Assembly (NCBI RefSeq): GCF_006345805.1
Contig: NC_043004.1
Coordinates: forward strand, 14,508,001 to 14,572,000
Direction: 5' to 3'
From: Octopus sinensis
Taxonomy: Eukaryota
DNA: 64,000 bases
Every line of letters starts with the position of its first letter. Position 1 is the first letter of the stretch. The notes under the pieces are model-generated. The model was not told the origin of the DNA. It saw nothing but the letters and a program-made list of their open reading frames with translations, and ran no database searches. A program made the position numbers and the translations under genes. Positions 52,561 to 64,000 of this stretch are shown here, piece after piece.

Positions 52561-53455
52561 TAGATAAGATGATACAGATGTTACAGCAAAAGATAAGAGG
52601 TAACAGACAAAAAACAAGTGCGTGCATGTGTGTGTTTGTGTGTATCTGTGTGTGTATGCGTATGTGTGTCTATGTTTGTGTGTATCTGTGTGGATGATGT
52701 GTGTGTTTGTGGTATTATATTTTACCTCTTACATCTGCGGTTCATACTCTAACATATTTCAAAAGCCTGGAATTCTGTGCATTGCCAGGGCTTATATAAC
52801 TCCGAGTTAATTATTCTAAAATATTTACATTAACGAATACGTGTCTGTTTTAATCACGGTAAGAGAATACGATCTCTTGAAACCATGTTACTTTCACTAC
52901 TGTGTACACGGTCTTATATATACCATTGACATCATTCCACTTCCTTCATCTGTTTCAATATTTATGCACACTCCTCTAGATTCTGAAAATCTAAACGTTA
53001 TTAGTTCGTTTCTCTTTTCAGATTCAGGTTTATAGAAATTAGGTTCCTGCTATGTAGATTAAATTTTAATACTTGCACGTTGTTAAAATAGCTTCGAGGT
53101 ATAAGCTAATCTAGAAATAATGTCGTTAATCTTATATGTATTTATCTCTCTTAACTTACACTCATAAATCCATGCGCATACATAACCCATAAAATCATGT
53201 ATATATATACACCACACATTTATATAGACGTTTATATATTCACACATGTACCTACATATATATTATACACATACATATATACATATTTATATATATTTAT
53301 CATATGAAAAAATATATATTTAGTAGATATATATACATATATAAATTTATATAATCATGTATACTACACACACACACATACGCAAACAAACACATAAGTA
53401 CACAAGTACATATACACACGTTTTGACATTTTTCAGTGACTTTCAATAGTTTCGG

Positions 53456-53590
53456 AGAAGAAGAAGAAGAAGAAGAAGAAGAAGAAGAAGAAGAAGAAGA
53501 AGAAGAAGAAGAAGAAGAAGAAGAAGAAGAAGAAGAAGAAGAAGAAGAAGAAGAAGAAGAAGAAGAAGAAGAAAAAGAAGAAGAAGAAGA
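53456..53590. repeat. (GAA)n microsatellite, about 45 units
   Basis: Direct reading. It is the source of the poly-E/poly-S ORFs. Confidence 0.95.
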
Positions 53591-55010
53591 AACTACTAAA
53601 CCCCCAAAATACCGAGCCATAACATGCCTCAACACCATATATAAACTGTTAACAGACATAAAAGCGAATAGAGCAAATGAATTCTTAGACAACAGCAAGT
53701 TATTCTCAGTGGAACAAAAGGGATGTAGAAGAAATTTATATTGATGAAAGGATCAATTACTGGTTGATAAAATGGTCATTGAAAATTGCAAATCCAAACG
53801 CAGAAACCTTAGCACCGATTAGATAGATTACAAGCAAGTCTTCACCAAGCATGGATCATTCAAGGCCCTAGAAATTTACAAGATAGCTCCAACAATTGTG
53901 AACATTTTAAAAGTAATCATGAATTCGTGGAGAACTACCCTCATTTTTAAACATACACAAGGATATACCATATCACCAGACATCAATATTCAAGGTGACT
54001 CATTATCACCATTACTATTCTGACTCGCTTTGTTCCCACTATCCACGCAACTGAATAATGCTAAGAGAGGATATAAGATGTTTGACCAGAAAATTAATCA
54101 TCTACTCTATATGGATGATCTAAAACATTTCGCCAGAAACGACAAGGAATTAGAAGAGCTCCTGCATATTATCAAAGAATTCCGCTCTGATATAGGTAAT
54201 AAATGTGAAAAGGCTACTTTCAAGGCAGGGAAGTTCATAAAGACAAAAAACATAGACCTTGATACTACCACAGCTATTTGAAACCGAGACCAATCCGATG
54301 TATACAAATATCTGGGAACCAATGAAGGTGATGGTATCCATCACTCTTAAATGAAAGAGAATATCCGCAAGGAATACTATTGAAGGATAAGAATGGTCCT
54401 AAATTCAGAATTAAATGCTGTTAACAGAATTAATGCGATCAGTTATTTGGCCATACCAGTAACCACATATAGCTTCGGTATCATTAAGTGGAGTCTCACC
54501 GACATGCAGAATATGGATTGAAAAATCCGTAAAATCCTTACAAAGTACCGAATGCACCATCAAAAATCAGATGTAGACAGGATTTATATTCCAAGAAAAT
54601 AGGTGGAAGAGCCCTTATACAGTTCAAACAATCCTTGATATCGACAATAATAAGCCTTGAAACATACCTTAATACAACAAGTCATGTGCTCTTACGAACT
54701 ACACTGAAGCATGAAGATTTCAAGCAAGCTTCAGTCATGAAGCTTAGTAAGAAATTTAAAATGTCTCTTGGCCTACAAGTTAACAACAAGAATGACCAAA
54801 GCCACCCAAATACTGACAGACCTACCATTGCTTCTCCTGATTTAAGAATTCACAATTAGAAACACCAACGTGATCCAAATAGTGATAAACCTATTATTGA
54901 TGCAAAAAAAGTTTAAAAAAAGGAAAGAAGGCTTGCATAAATAATATCGAAGACAACTGGAAAGGCAAACTCCTGCATGGAAAATATCCTAACCGTTTGT
55001 CCAAGCAAGA
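53591..55010 (+). mobile_element. R4/Dong-clade non-LTR retrotransposon RT remnant (copy 1)
   Basis: PKYRAITCLNTIYKLLT, EQKGCRR..KDQLLVDK, IDYKQ, QGDSLSPLLF, HLLYMDDLK, YKYLG. Many stops and deletions. Confidence 0.8.
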
Positions 55011-55029
55011 GGAGGAAAACTATATTACC

Positions 55030-55850
55030 CATGTCATAGATCGATTATCGTAAGGCATACGATATGATCCCACATTCTTGGAGCGATTGCTTGGAAAAAT
55101 TGTGGTGAAGCGGGGGACGGAACTGACAGCATATGGAAGTAGCTTAGGGACAATAGAAATCAGGAAAGGCATTTTCCAAGGTGACTGCCTGTCCCACTGA
55201 TTTTTGTAATGTGCAGGCCACCACTAACACTGATTCTGAGGAAAGCAAATGCTGGGTACGTATTCAAGAGCCACCAGCAAAATTCAGCCGCTTGTTATTC
55301 ATGGATGATCTCAAATTTTATGGGAAAGTTGATATGATATATAATTTCAGTGCTGATATCAGAATGGAGTTCGGGCTGAAAAAGTGTGATGTGTTATTCT
55401 TGAAGAGAGGCAAAATTAAATGTATGGACGGGCTAGCGATACAGCCATGAGAAGTTATGAAACAAATAAAAGAGACTATAAATACTTGGAGATATTGGAA
55501 GTGGATAAATTGATGGAGAAAGAATTGACAAAAAAATTTAAGATGAGTACTTGCGCAGACTGAGACTGATCCTTACGTCGAAATTAAACGGACGGAATAA
55601 GATTGAATTTATCAACACCTGGGCAATTTCAGTACTTAGATATGGATCAGGGGTGCTCGCATGGACAGTAGACGAACTAAACAACTTAGAAAGGAAGTTA
55701 ATGACTAGATATGGGATATCCCACCCAAAAAGTGATACACATAGACTATATGTACCAAGAAAAAGAGGGGTAAGAGGACTGATTGGATGTGAACACATCA
55801 TTACAGTAGAACAAAACAACATAGTATGGTATGAAAAAAAGCCACATAAC
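55030..55850 (+). mobile_element. R4/Dong-clade RT remnant (copy 2, different subfamily)
   Basis: IDYRKAYDMIPHSW, FQGD, LLFMDDLKFY, YKYLEILE, KLNGRNKIEFINTWAISVLRYG, RLYVPRKRGVRGL. Confidence 0.8.
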
Positions 55851-56128
55851 GTAGCTATAATTATAAATAGGTTAAATTTTAGCCATTTCTCCGCAGACTG
55901 AAAAAATAATGAACAACCTTGAATTTGTATACATATTTCCGAGTGTGTGTGCGTATGTGTTTGTGTGTGTGAGTGTAATTATGTGTGTGTGCATGTGCGT
56001 GCGCGTATATAATATATATGAATATATGTCTTTCGATCTCTCTCTCTCTCTCTCTCTCTCTCATCTCTCTCTATATATATATATATATATTATATATATA
56101 TATATATATGACTGTATACAAATTATAC

Positions 56129-56351
56129 TAGTTGGTCTCTTACATGATAAACAGGGCAGTCAAAACCCCCAAACCACGAAAGAGATTCTTATTTAGGGCA
56201 CCTTGATTGAAAGCGAGGACAAATTGAGGGAATTAAAATATCAGTTAATTCTCTCAATTTGTCTTCCTGGCATACGGTCAAATATCCAAAATAAGAATGT
56301 TTTTCGTGGCTTTGGGATTTTGACTGTCCTGTTTAGCATGTAAGAAAACTA
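56129..56351. mobile_element. MITE of about 220 bp with about 65-bp imperfect TIRs
   Basis: CTTACATGATAAACAGGGCAGTCAAAACCCCCAAACCACGAAAGAGATTCTTATTT pairs with AAATAAGAATGTTTTTCGTGGCTTTGGGATTTTGACTGTCCTGTTTAGCATGTAAG. Confidence 0.75.
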
Positions 56352-56488
56352 TTTAGTGGTCTTCTCTCCGTGTATAAATTTTTATGCAATCATATATGTT
56401 ATAAAAATATTTATGTCTACGGAATTTTTTTACTCATGCTAACCACTGGTATAAATTATTATTTTAACAATTTTTACCCTTACACACA

Positions 56489-56536
<48 letters not shown>

Positions 56537-57386
56537 CATGTATATAATGGCATCCATTGGATAGATGAGAACAGATCAAAAGTAAAGCACGACACGTAAC
56601 ATATTTAGACAGTACTACACAAGCGAACTTCAAAACTAATTCATTCAGATAGCGTAGCAAACGAGACATCAATGAGGGGAGGTTTATTGTTATTTCATTG
56701 CTCGTAAATCGATGATTATCCAAAGTAATATGGAATTTTAATTATGCCACAATACAATAATAAAACAGACGAATGGATTTTATGATATTACTACAATTGT
56801 TTCATTAAGAGAATATATCGTTACATAAACATCATGCAACTAGATATTACATACATGCAATATTGATAAGGTTATGGAGTATGTTACACATAAACCCTCA
56901 AATTATCTGGAAATATTAAAGTTCGTGCGAAAAGAATATGACATAACATTATGGTGATTCTAAGACTGATTATGCAATCAATTAAAGAAAATATCTATCT
57001 TTCGAATATTGAAAGGGGCCGTTTTACGATTGGTCAATCAAATGTTTAATGGAAACTCTATGTCAGTAACATGTACATGCCGAATTATATACATATACAG
57101 TACAATTGATTATATTTGTTTCATTCCTTCCTAATTGATTAACGCACCGATAATTATCAATACTTTGGAGTTTGGAACATTCGATGTGCGCCAAACTTAG
57201 TGGATAATAAAATCAGGACCAAACATTTCACTGTTATGACTGATATCTTGATAAACGCCTGTACTTATTTTTTTCTCGTCTTGATACCAGCTTTATACAA
57301 TCGGTTAGGGATTTGACTGGATAATTCAGTCTATTGTTTTATCCTTTATATATCATATATTATATATATATATATATATACATATC

Positions 57387-57449
<63 letters not shown>

Positions 57450-57490
57450 CATTATATACATATATATATATATATCTATATATATATTAC

Positions 57491-57522
<32 letters not shown>

Positions 57523-58300
57523 CATATATATACAATATATATATATATATATATATACATATCTCCTCTCTCTCTCTTCTCTTCTCTCTCTCTCTCTATA
57601 ATATATATATAGATATATATATATTATATATATCATGTATCTATATATATATATATATGTTGCATTAGTCGGTCGTTGGAGACGAAACCAGCACCAGGTG
57701 ACCAAAACCTGCCTGGTGAGGGAGATTGATAGAGACCTTTCAGGACTCAAAACAAGAACTGTCACAAGGACATGTGAACCTCTCTAGCTCGTCATACGTA
57801 CTAAGTTCGAAACCAATTTATAATTTTAATAAAAAGTAACAAAAATTATCGGTCTATCTAGATATTTACCAAAGTACCAGTTAAGTTAAATTACTCATAA
57901 AAGGGTTGGATTTATGGTTCTGACATTTGAACTACCCCTTCCTCTCTATAAATAGAAAAATTCTTGCTTGTCTTCACTGAACTTAATAAAAAAAATCCTC
58001 CCCATTGGTAAATCTAAATAACAAAGTGAATTCAGTGATAAAAATCATGAGGAAAGAACTTCTACTACCATGTTCTTACTGATGAAATTCACCTCTCTGT
58101 TTGTATATCTATCCTGTTTGTAATGTTGGCAAATGGAATAAGTATATAAATGAACATTGTCAATTTAATTTTTAAAAATCCCATATGTGCCTGAAGAGTG
58201 CTCTACATTTTAAAACTGATGTAATACTTACATTGTTTAATTAAATGAAGTAGCATAAAACGATTGTATTACACACCTTTCAATATCCTTGTTGCTTATT

Positions 58301-58349
<49 letters not shown>

Positions 58350-58356
58350 TATATAT

Positions 58357-58399
<43 letters not shown>

Positions 58400-58572
58400 A
58401 TATATTGATTAGCTCCAAGAGGCCATCGCCTCTAGCTAGCTATATGACACACGAACCTTTGTCCATTATAACATTCGAACAGGAGGTCAGGCAGCCGCTT
58501 CCCTTTGCTGGTCAGGCAACTGCAGATATGTTTCAGGGAATTTGCCCTTTATCAATGCAGTGTACCCGAACC

Positions 58573-58630
<58 letters not shown>

Positions 58631-58662
58631 TATATGTATGTATGTATGTATATATGTATGTA

Positions 58663-59482
58663 TAGTGTGCAGTGAATATATACATGTTGTGATGGATAAA
58701 CTGTTGCCATTTAAAGTTTTGCAATTCGTGCATGCGAATTGTTTTATATTTATTTATTTTGTCGACTCCATAGTATATTAGGATCAGTTGGGTACCGCCT
58801 GTAATAAAACAGCACCATGATGCAATTCGCTCTGCTAGAAATTTGCAAACGACACGCTGTACTATTTGGTAATCGCGCTGGAAGTCAATCTGAGGACATT
58901 AAACATCCGGTCAACGTCATGTTGTTTGGAGAGATCACTAGTGATGACGATGTCAAGCCTCCATTCATCTTCCCATACGGCGTCAGACTGAACACGCAAT
59001 CCTAAATCAAATGTCTGGAGGAGGAAGCACTGCCCTGGGGTAAGAGGGTGGCTGCTGGAAGAACCTATGTCTGGCGACAGGACTCTGTACCATACCACAC
59101 ATGCAGAAGAACCCAGTCCTGGCTGTCAAGCAACTCTGCCACCACAATTCCCCTAACATCTGGCCACCAGAGTACAACCACCTTCTGTAGGGCGCAGCTG
59201 AACGCGAAACCAACAAAACTCCTTGTAACGCCAAAGAGGAAGTGAAGGCAATATTTATGACAGCATTTGCCATCTAAAGCGAGAAAACCGTCCCCAAGAG
59301 TTAAGGAAGATTTCGAGGTCGTTTGGAGGCGTGATTGAAGGCAATGGCGATTTTAATGTGCTTTACTCTTTAGTATTTCAAGATAACTTTCTTTAATTTT
59401 GTGAAATATATCTTTTAAAATGAGATGTCAGTATTATTTCCATTTTTGCATAATTTAGATGATAATATATTCACTGCACCTG
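58663..59482 (+). mobile_element. Internally deleted Tc1/mariner element with transposase remnant
   Basis: Short TIRs (TGTGCAGTGAATA / TATTCACTGCACCTG|TA). Remnant protein VMLFGEITSDDDVKPPFIFP..RVAAGRTYVWRQDSVPYHT..TQSWL; the N-terminus is joined directly to the catalytic core. Confidence 0.8.
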
Positions 59483-59486
59483 TATA

Positions 59487-59530
<44 letters not shown>

Positions 59531-59606
59531 TTATATATATATTATATATCATATACTCGTATACATATGAATGTATCTTTCTCGCTCGGTCTGTATTTAA
59601 GTACTC

Positions 59607-59655
<49 letters not shown>

Positions 59656-59689
59656 TATATATATATATATATTATATAATAATAATAAT

Positions 59690-60584
59690 AAATATTAGGG
59701 AATAAATCCAAATGACAGGGAAAAATCAGATTTAGGATTGAATCCAATTTTATAGTAAAATATAATATAATAATTAATTAGAGACAAAACCACTATTATG
59801 CAAATCACAACAAAGAAAGACTTAATCCAATACATAAAAAATTTTTATATAAATTAAATATAATTAAGATTAATTAAGAATTGTGGCACATCATTCCAAG
59901 TTCTCAATGTGGCTGATTGACTACAAGAATTTATTAAATAATCCCATGTCTAGTTGATGTACAGCCTCTTGTGATATTGTCATTATCATTCGTTTTCTTT
60001 TTTATTTCGTACTGTTTCCTGTCGTGCTGTTTTCATGACACATTTATATATTAATCACGCTGCTTCCTTTATTTTCCTCTGAGTAAATTGCATCTGTAAT
60101 ACATTCCAATGGCTTTTATGTTTGATAAATGATGCTTTAAATTTTCTTGCCATTCTGTTGAAGTACATTGACCATTTTATGTTTTACGAAATTCATTCCA
60201 TTATTGTGATTTCTTTCTTTCTTGAATCTCCCCTTGAAATGATTCTTATATATCTAGAATTTATTTCTTGCTCATAGAAAGACTTAATCCAATACATAAA
60301 CAATTTTCTATAAATTAAATATAATCAAGTTTAATTAAGATATCCACTACGATCGTTTCTTGTCACTTCAATGGACATTCATCAGGTGGTTTCAAGACCT
60401 TAAGTTCAAAATTGCATAGAAGGTCTTGAAACCACCTGATAATATCCAATGAAGTGACAAGAAACGATCGTAGTGGATACTTAATTAAACTTGATTATAT
60501 TTAATTTATAGAAAATTGTTTATGTATTGGATTAAGTCTTTCTTGTTTGATTTGCATAATAGTAGTTTTGTCTCTAATTAATAT

Positions 60585-60600
<16 letters not shown>
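59690..60600. mobile_element. Penelope/Poseidon-type PLE mosaic: pLTR-endonuclease-pLTR on minus strand plus a head-to-head inverted pLTR
   Basis: Inverted repeat 60276-60401 / 60420-60543 (about 4 differences, 18-nt spacer). pLTR 3' part is repeated at about 59776-59878. The minus strand at 60279-60070 gives a decayed endonuclease C-terminus (..I*SIIYQT*KP..RCNL). Confidence 0.7.
60344..60389 (-). ncRNA. Minimal type-I hammerhead ribozyme, all core nucleotides present
   Basis: Minus strand: CCAC | CTGATGA | A TGTC-CATTGAAGT-GACA A | GAA | ACGATCGT (palindromic stem III) | A | GTGG. Predicted cut between 60348 and 60347. The mirror copy on + (60432-60476) has lost G8. Confidence 0.82.
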
Positions 60601-60649
<49 letters not shown>

Positions 60650-63419
60650 AGCAAGTATTAAAACGGATCCAAAGGAAACTATAACTATAGAAGCATTGAT
60701 AGTCGTAGACAGACTGATTTAAAGAAAATTAACAGAATGCTTGATAAATACAGAGAAAGAATGATAGAAATAGGTTTAGAATAACGTATTTGAATAATTT
60801 GAATGTACTGTAATTATTATCAATACATTTAATCAAGCTTACACTCTAGATATTGTGTTTTCCTTTTCATGAATGAATGTACGTATAGTTATATAACTTT
60901 ATTTCAATTCTCCTTCACACATTCAAATATCTAATGTACAGACCCTCAATTAGTTTTGATGAGGCGTGTACCATGTATTTTATATGCAAGTTTCTGTTAT
61001 TTAAGCTAACATCCTATTTACATATATCGTCCAAAATATCAACTAACATTGTTCATAGTAGAATATATCATTAGCATCATTGTGTTAAGTATTCGGAATC
61101 TACGTGCCGGAAATTTAAATGGTTTTAATGACGCAATATTTCCTGGTAATGAGAGTAAGTTCATGAACCGATAAGTTATTGTGTAATAGAACATAGCCCG
61201 ATTGAAATTAATTTACCATTTTAAAGTTATAACCTGAAATGTATGTTATTCATTGAATACCGACTAAATGGCTTCAGTAATTTATTACAACAACGATCAA
61301 CACATATTTATGGAATAACACCTTGAAAAGTTAATACCATCTTCGCTGAATTGTAAAACCTTGCGTTTCGATTGAATGACTTTACACTTATTTTCATGTG
61401 TTATATCTGCTATTATTATAGTTATGTTCCATTGCTAGAGCTGAGCTCCGGAACGTTTACTTTTCATATAATAAGCTGCGATTAAATCGAATTTATCACT
61501 GTTTCTCGGAGTAATATTGGTAGATTTCTACATCTTGAAATTTTGGGCCGTGCGTTCAATTATATTTAATTCATATGATTAAAATATGATATATATGCGA
61601 AATAGGTATGAAGAAATGCAAAGTTGAGTTAACTGCGTGATGGGTTAATTCAACAGTATTGATAATTCTATATTCAAATATTTCTTGCATGAAACTTTGA
61701 AAACATTTTGCCCTTAATTTATCTATGAGCATCTCATACTGAAAACAGTGAATGCAGTACGCTTTCGCTGGGCAACTTGACTTCACTTAAGAGAAGAATT
61801 TCTAAACACAGAATGCTAGACTATACTCTATGGAATTAAGCACGTTCCTTTGTTGTATAGACAGAGTTGTCTGAAAGTAGGGGAGACGCGTCTGAAAGTA
61901 GCCAAAGTTTTCAAAAGTGATCTCCACTCCCACACATTATTATAAAGTTCAAATTTGAATAATATTTATTTATTTTTAAGAAGTAGTTCAGTTATAAAGA
62001 CTTACATCTTGTATTCGTTCACTTCTTTTGTTCATATTCGAATTAAAGTCCATTCTAAAGGAGAAAAAATAAAACAAAATGGAGAAATTGTTAATGGGCA
62101 GAATCTAAACAAATAAGAAATATTTTTGCCAAGAATATTTTGTACCTAATTATATCAATCAAACGGTTGGTCTCACTTGTGTTCACTCCACTTGCAACAA
62201 TACGTAGAACTCTTTCGACAGCGTTCTCTTATGTATGCATGAATGTTTATATGGAAATTGCTTTCCATTCTAATTCTATAATTAATGGTGCATGGCGAAA
62301 ATTAATTACTGAGGATACTTTGAATGTTTCAGTAATACCATGTATATAGCAATTTACACCGTAGTCATATTTAACGCATATAATTGCCTGTTATTTCACA
62401 AATATATACTCACAAAAAAAATCAAATTACTATCCCTCTAGAACTAGAATCAATGTTATGGGGGCGTAAATACACCAGCATCAGTAATCAAGCTGTGGGG
62501 AGGGGGACAAACGGACACAAAGACACACACACATACATATATATTCACATATACGGCATGATTCTTTCGGTTAACGTCTACCAAATCCACTTATGAGGAT
62601 TTGGTTGGCCTGAGGCTGTTGTAGAAGGCACGCGTCCAAAATGTTTCATAGGAAGAATGAAACCGTAATCATGTTTAGGAAGTAGACTTCATCGCCAATG
62701 TGAATCTTCCCACAGAAATATAGGATTAATTCTTGATATATATAGCAACATTCTAGATTGTATATCTCTGAGCTGACTTGAGAACAGTAACCCAAAATCA
62801 TGACAGTTAATTATCTATAGAGAGACTTTATATTTCTTATATCACATTTGATGTTCCCACAGAAAGGCACTCGCTTCTCATTTTGCCGCCACTGCTGCAT
62901 ACACGCATCCAATCCAGAACTATTCACGTCTGCAATTTTTCCCTTGGAGATACAATCTCACAAAATGAAATCTTTCTCTTGTTTTACTGTACAGCAATTA
63001 ACCTCAAATTCATCGCCTTCATGACTCCTTAATGGTATGCTAAATTTAGTAGGTATGGCCCTTGCGCATTTAGCGCAACCAACATGATAGCAAAAACTTA
63101 AGAAACATTGAGTTCTCCATTGCTGAGGGTGTTCAGTTACTCAACTTAAAATGATTAAAAATATAACTATTCCTCTTTTACGAAGTGTTGAAATACATGC
63201 CTGTCCATGCAACACATACTACAGCTTTTAGTTAATGGCTGAAATCTATTACTCTCCCTACTTGAGTGGTACACTCTCCACTCAGTGCATCATTAGATTA
63301 GGGGACGACAAATGAAAGCATGCATACATCCCCGATACTACTCTTGCTCTACTTACACATGATTCTCTTATTCCACAAGAAAGCGATTCTTTTAGATCTA
63401 TAATATATCTTATATCAAT

Positions 63420-64000
63420 CTGTCATTATTTTCAGTTTATTTGAGAACTAGCATCAGAACTAACATCAGACGCAGGAACACTATTTATCATCTTCAAACC
63501 CTATCATCAATGTCAAGAAAGTTTCTATCCAAACACATTGTTATGAAGATCTCAGAAGAAATAACGAATATATTTCACAACCTGATAATATAATCTTGTA
63601 GTCAATCAGCCACATTGAGAACTTGGAATGATGTGCCACAATTCATTTTATTTTTGCCGATCTGATAGAACATAACATTCCACATTAACGAACACATACT
63701 TAAATCGCCTAGACAGCAGATCAACACAGGTTGTTACGAACTAGGCGAATAAGCAGTTGAAATGAACAGCATTTTGGTAGCAACTCACAAGATAAACGAT
63801 AATTTAAGATTACTTCTATGAGCAAGAAATAAATTCTAGATATATAAGAATCATTTCAAGGGGAGATTCAAGAAAGAAAGAAATCACAATAATGGAATGA
63901 ATTTCGTAAAACATAAAATGGTCAATGTACTTCAACAGAATGGCAAGAAAATTTAAAGCATCATTTATCAAACATAAAAGCCATTGGAATGTATTACAGA
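63420..64000 (+). mobile_element. Decayed Penelope/Poseidon-type PLE (RT thumb/endonuclease remnant), running off the window end
   Basis: 63814-64000 is the exact reverse complement of 60093-60279, and 63594-63644 of 59878-59928. The protein resemblance is weak. Confidence 0.5.

Noticed and set aside
53300-53744. Poly-Glu / poly-Ser ORFs
   Set aside because: (GAA)n tract fused to an R4 RT remnant.

Overview
Repeat-saturated, AT-rich eukaryotic DNA, most likely an octopus/coleoid cephalopod genome (inferred from abundant OR2-like tRNA-SINEs and dense TA/CA/GATA microsatellites; no database search was possible). No protein-coding gene could be identified. Most ORF-track entries are microsatellite or antisense artefacts, and only a few low-confidence candidate exons were found. 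Recognisable mobile elements: a dead Helitron RepHel gene plus two non-autonomous Helitrons, Neptune-type and Penelope/Poseidon-type Penelope-like elements (PLEs), CR1-clade LINEs, two R4/Dong-type LINE remnants, deleted mariners, several MITE/fold-back elements and two SINE families. The most notable unannotated signal is about 12 minimal type-I hammerhead ribozyme (HHR) motifs from several PLE pseudo-LTR families. Two have complete catalytic cores (10503-10540 +, 60344-60389 -), share an unusual purine-flanked stem II, and sit inside long inverted repeats whose other arm is antisense to the cleavage site. Also notable: a covarying 3' stem-loop shared by the CR1 LINEs and the dominant SINE, a compact NF-Y/E-box/RFX/NRF1 motif cluster, and a MITE carrying telomeric TTAGGG repeats. 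Parts of the window (13.2-16.1 kb, 45.5-49.2 kb) look like long-read assembly noise.
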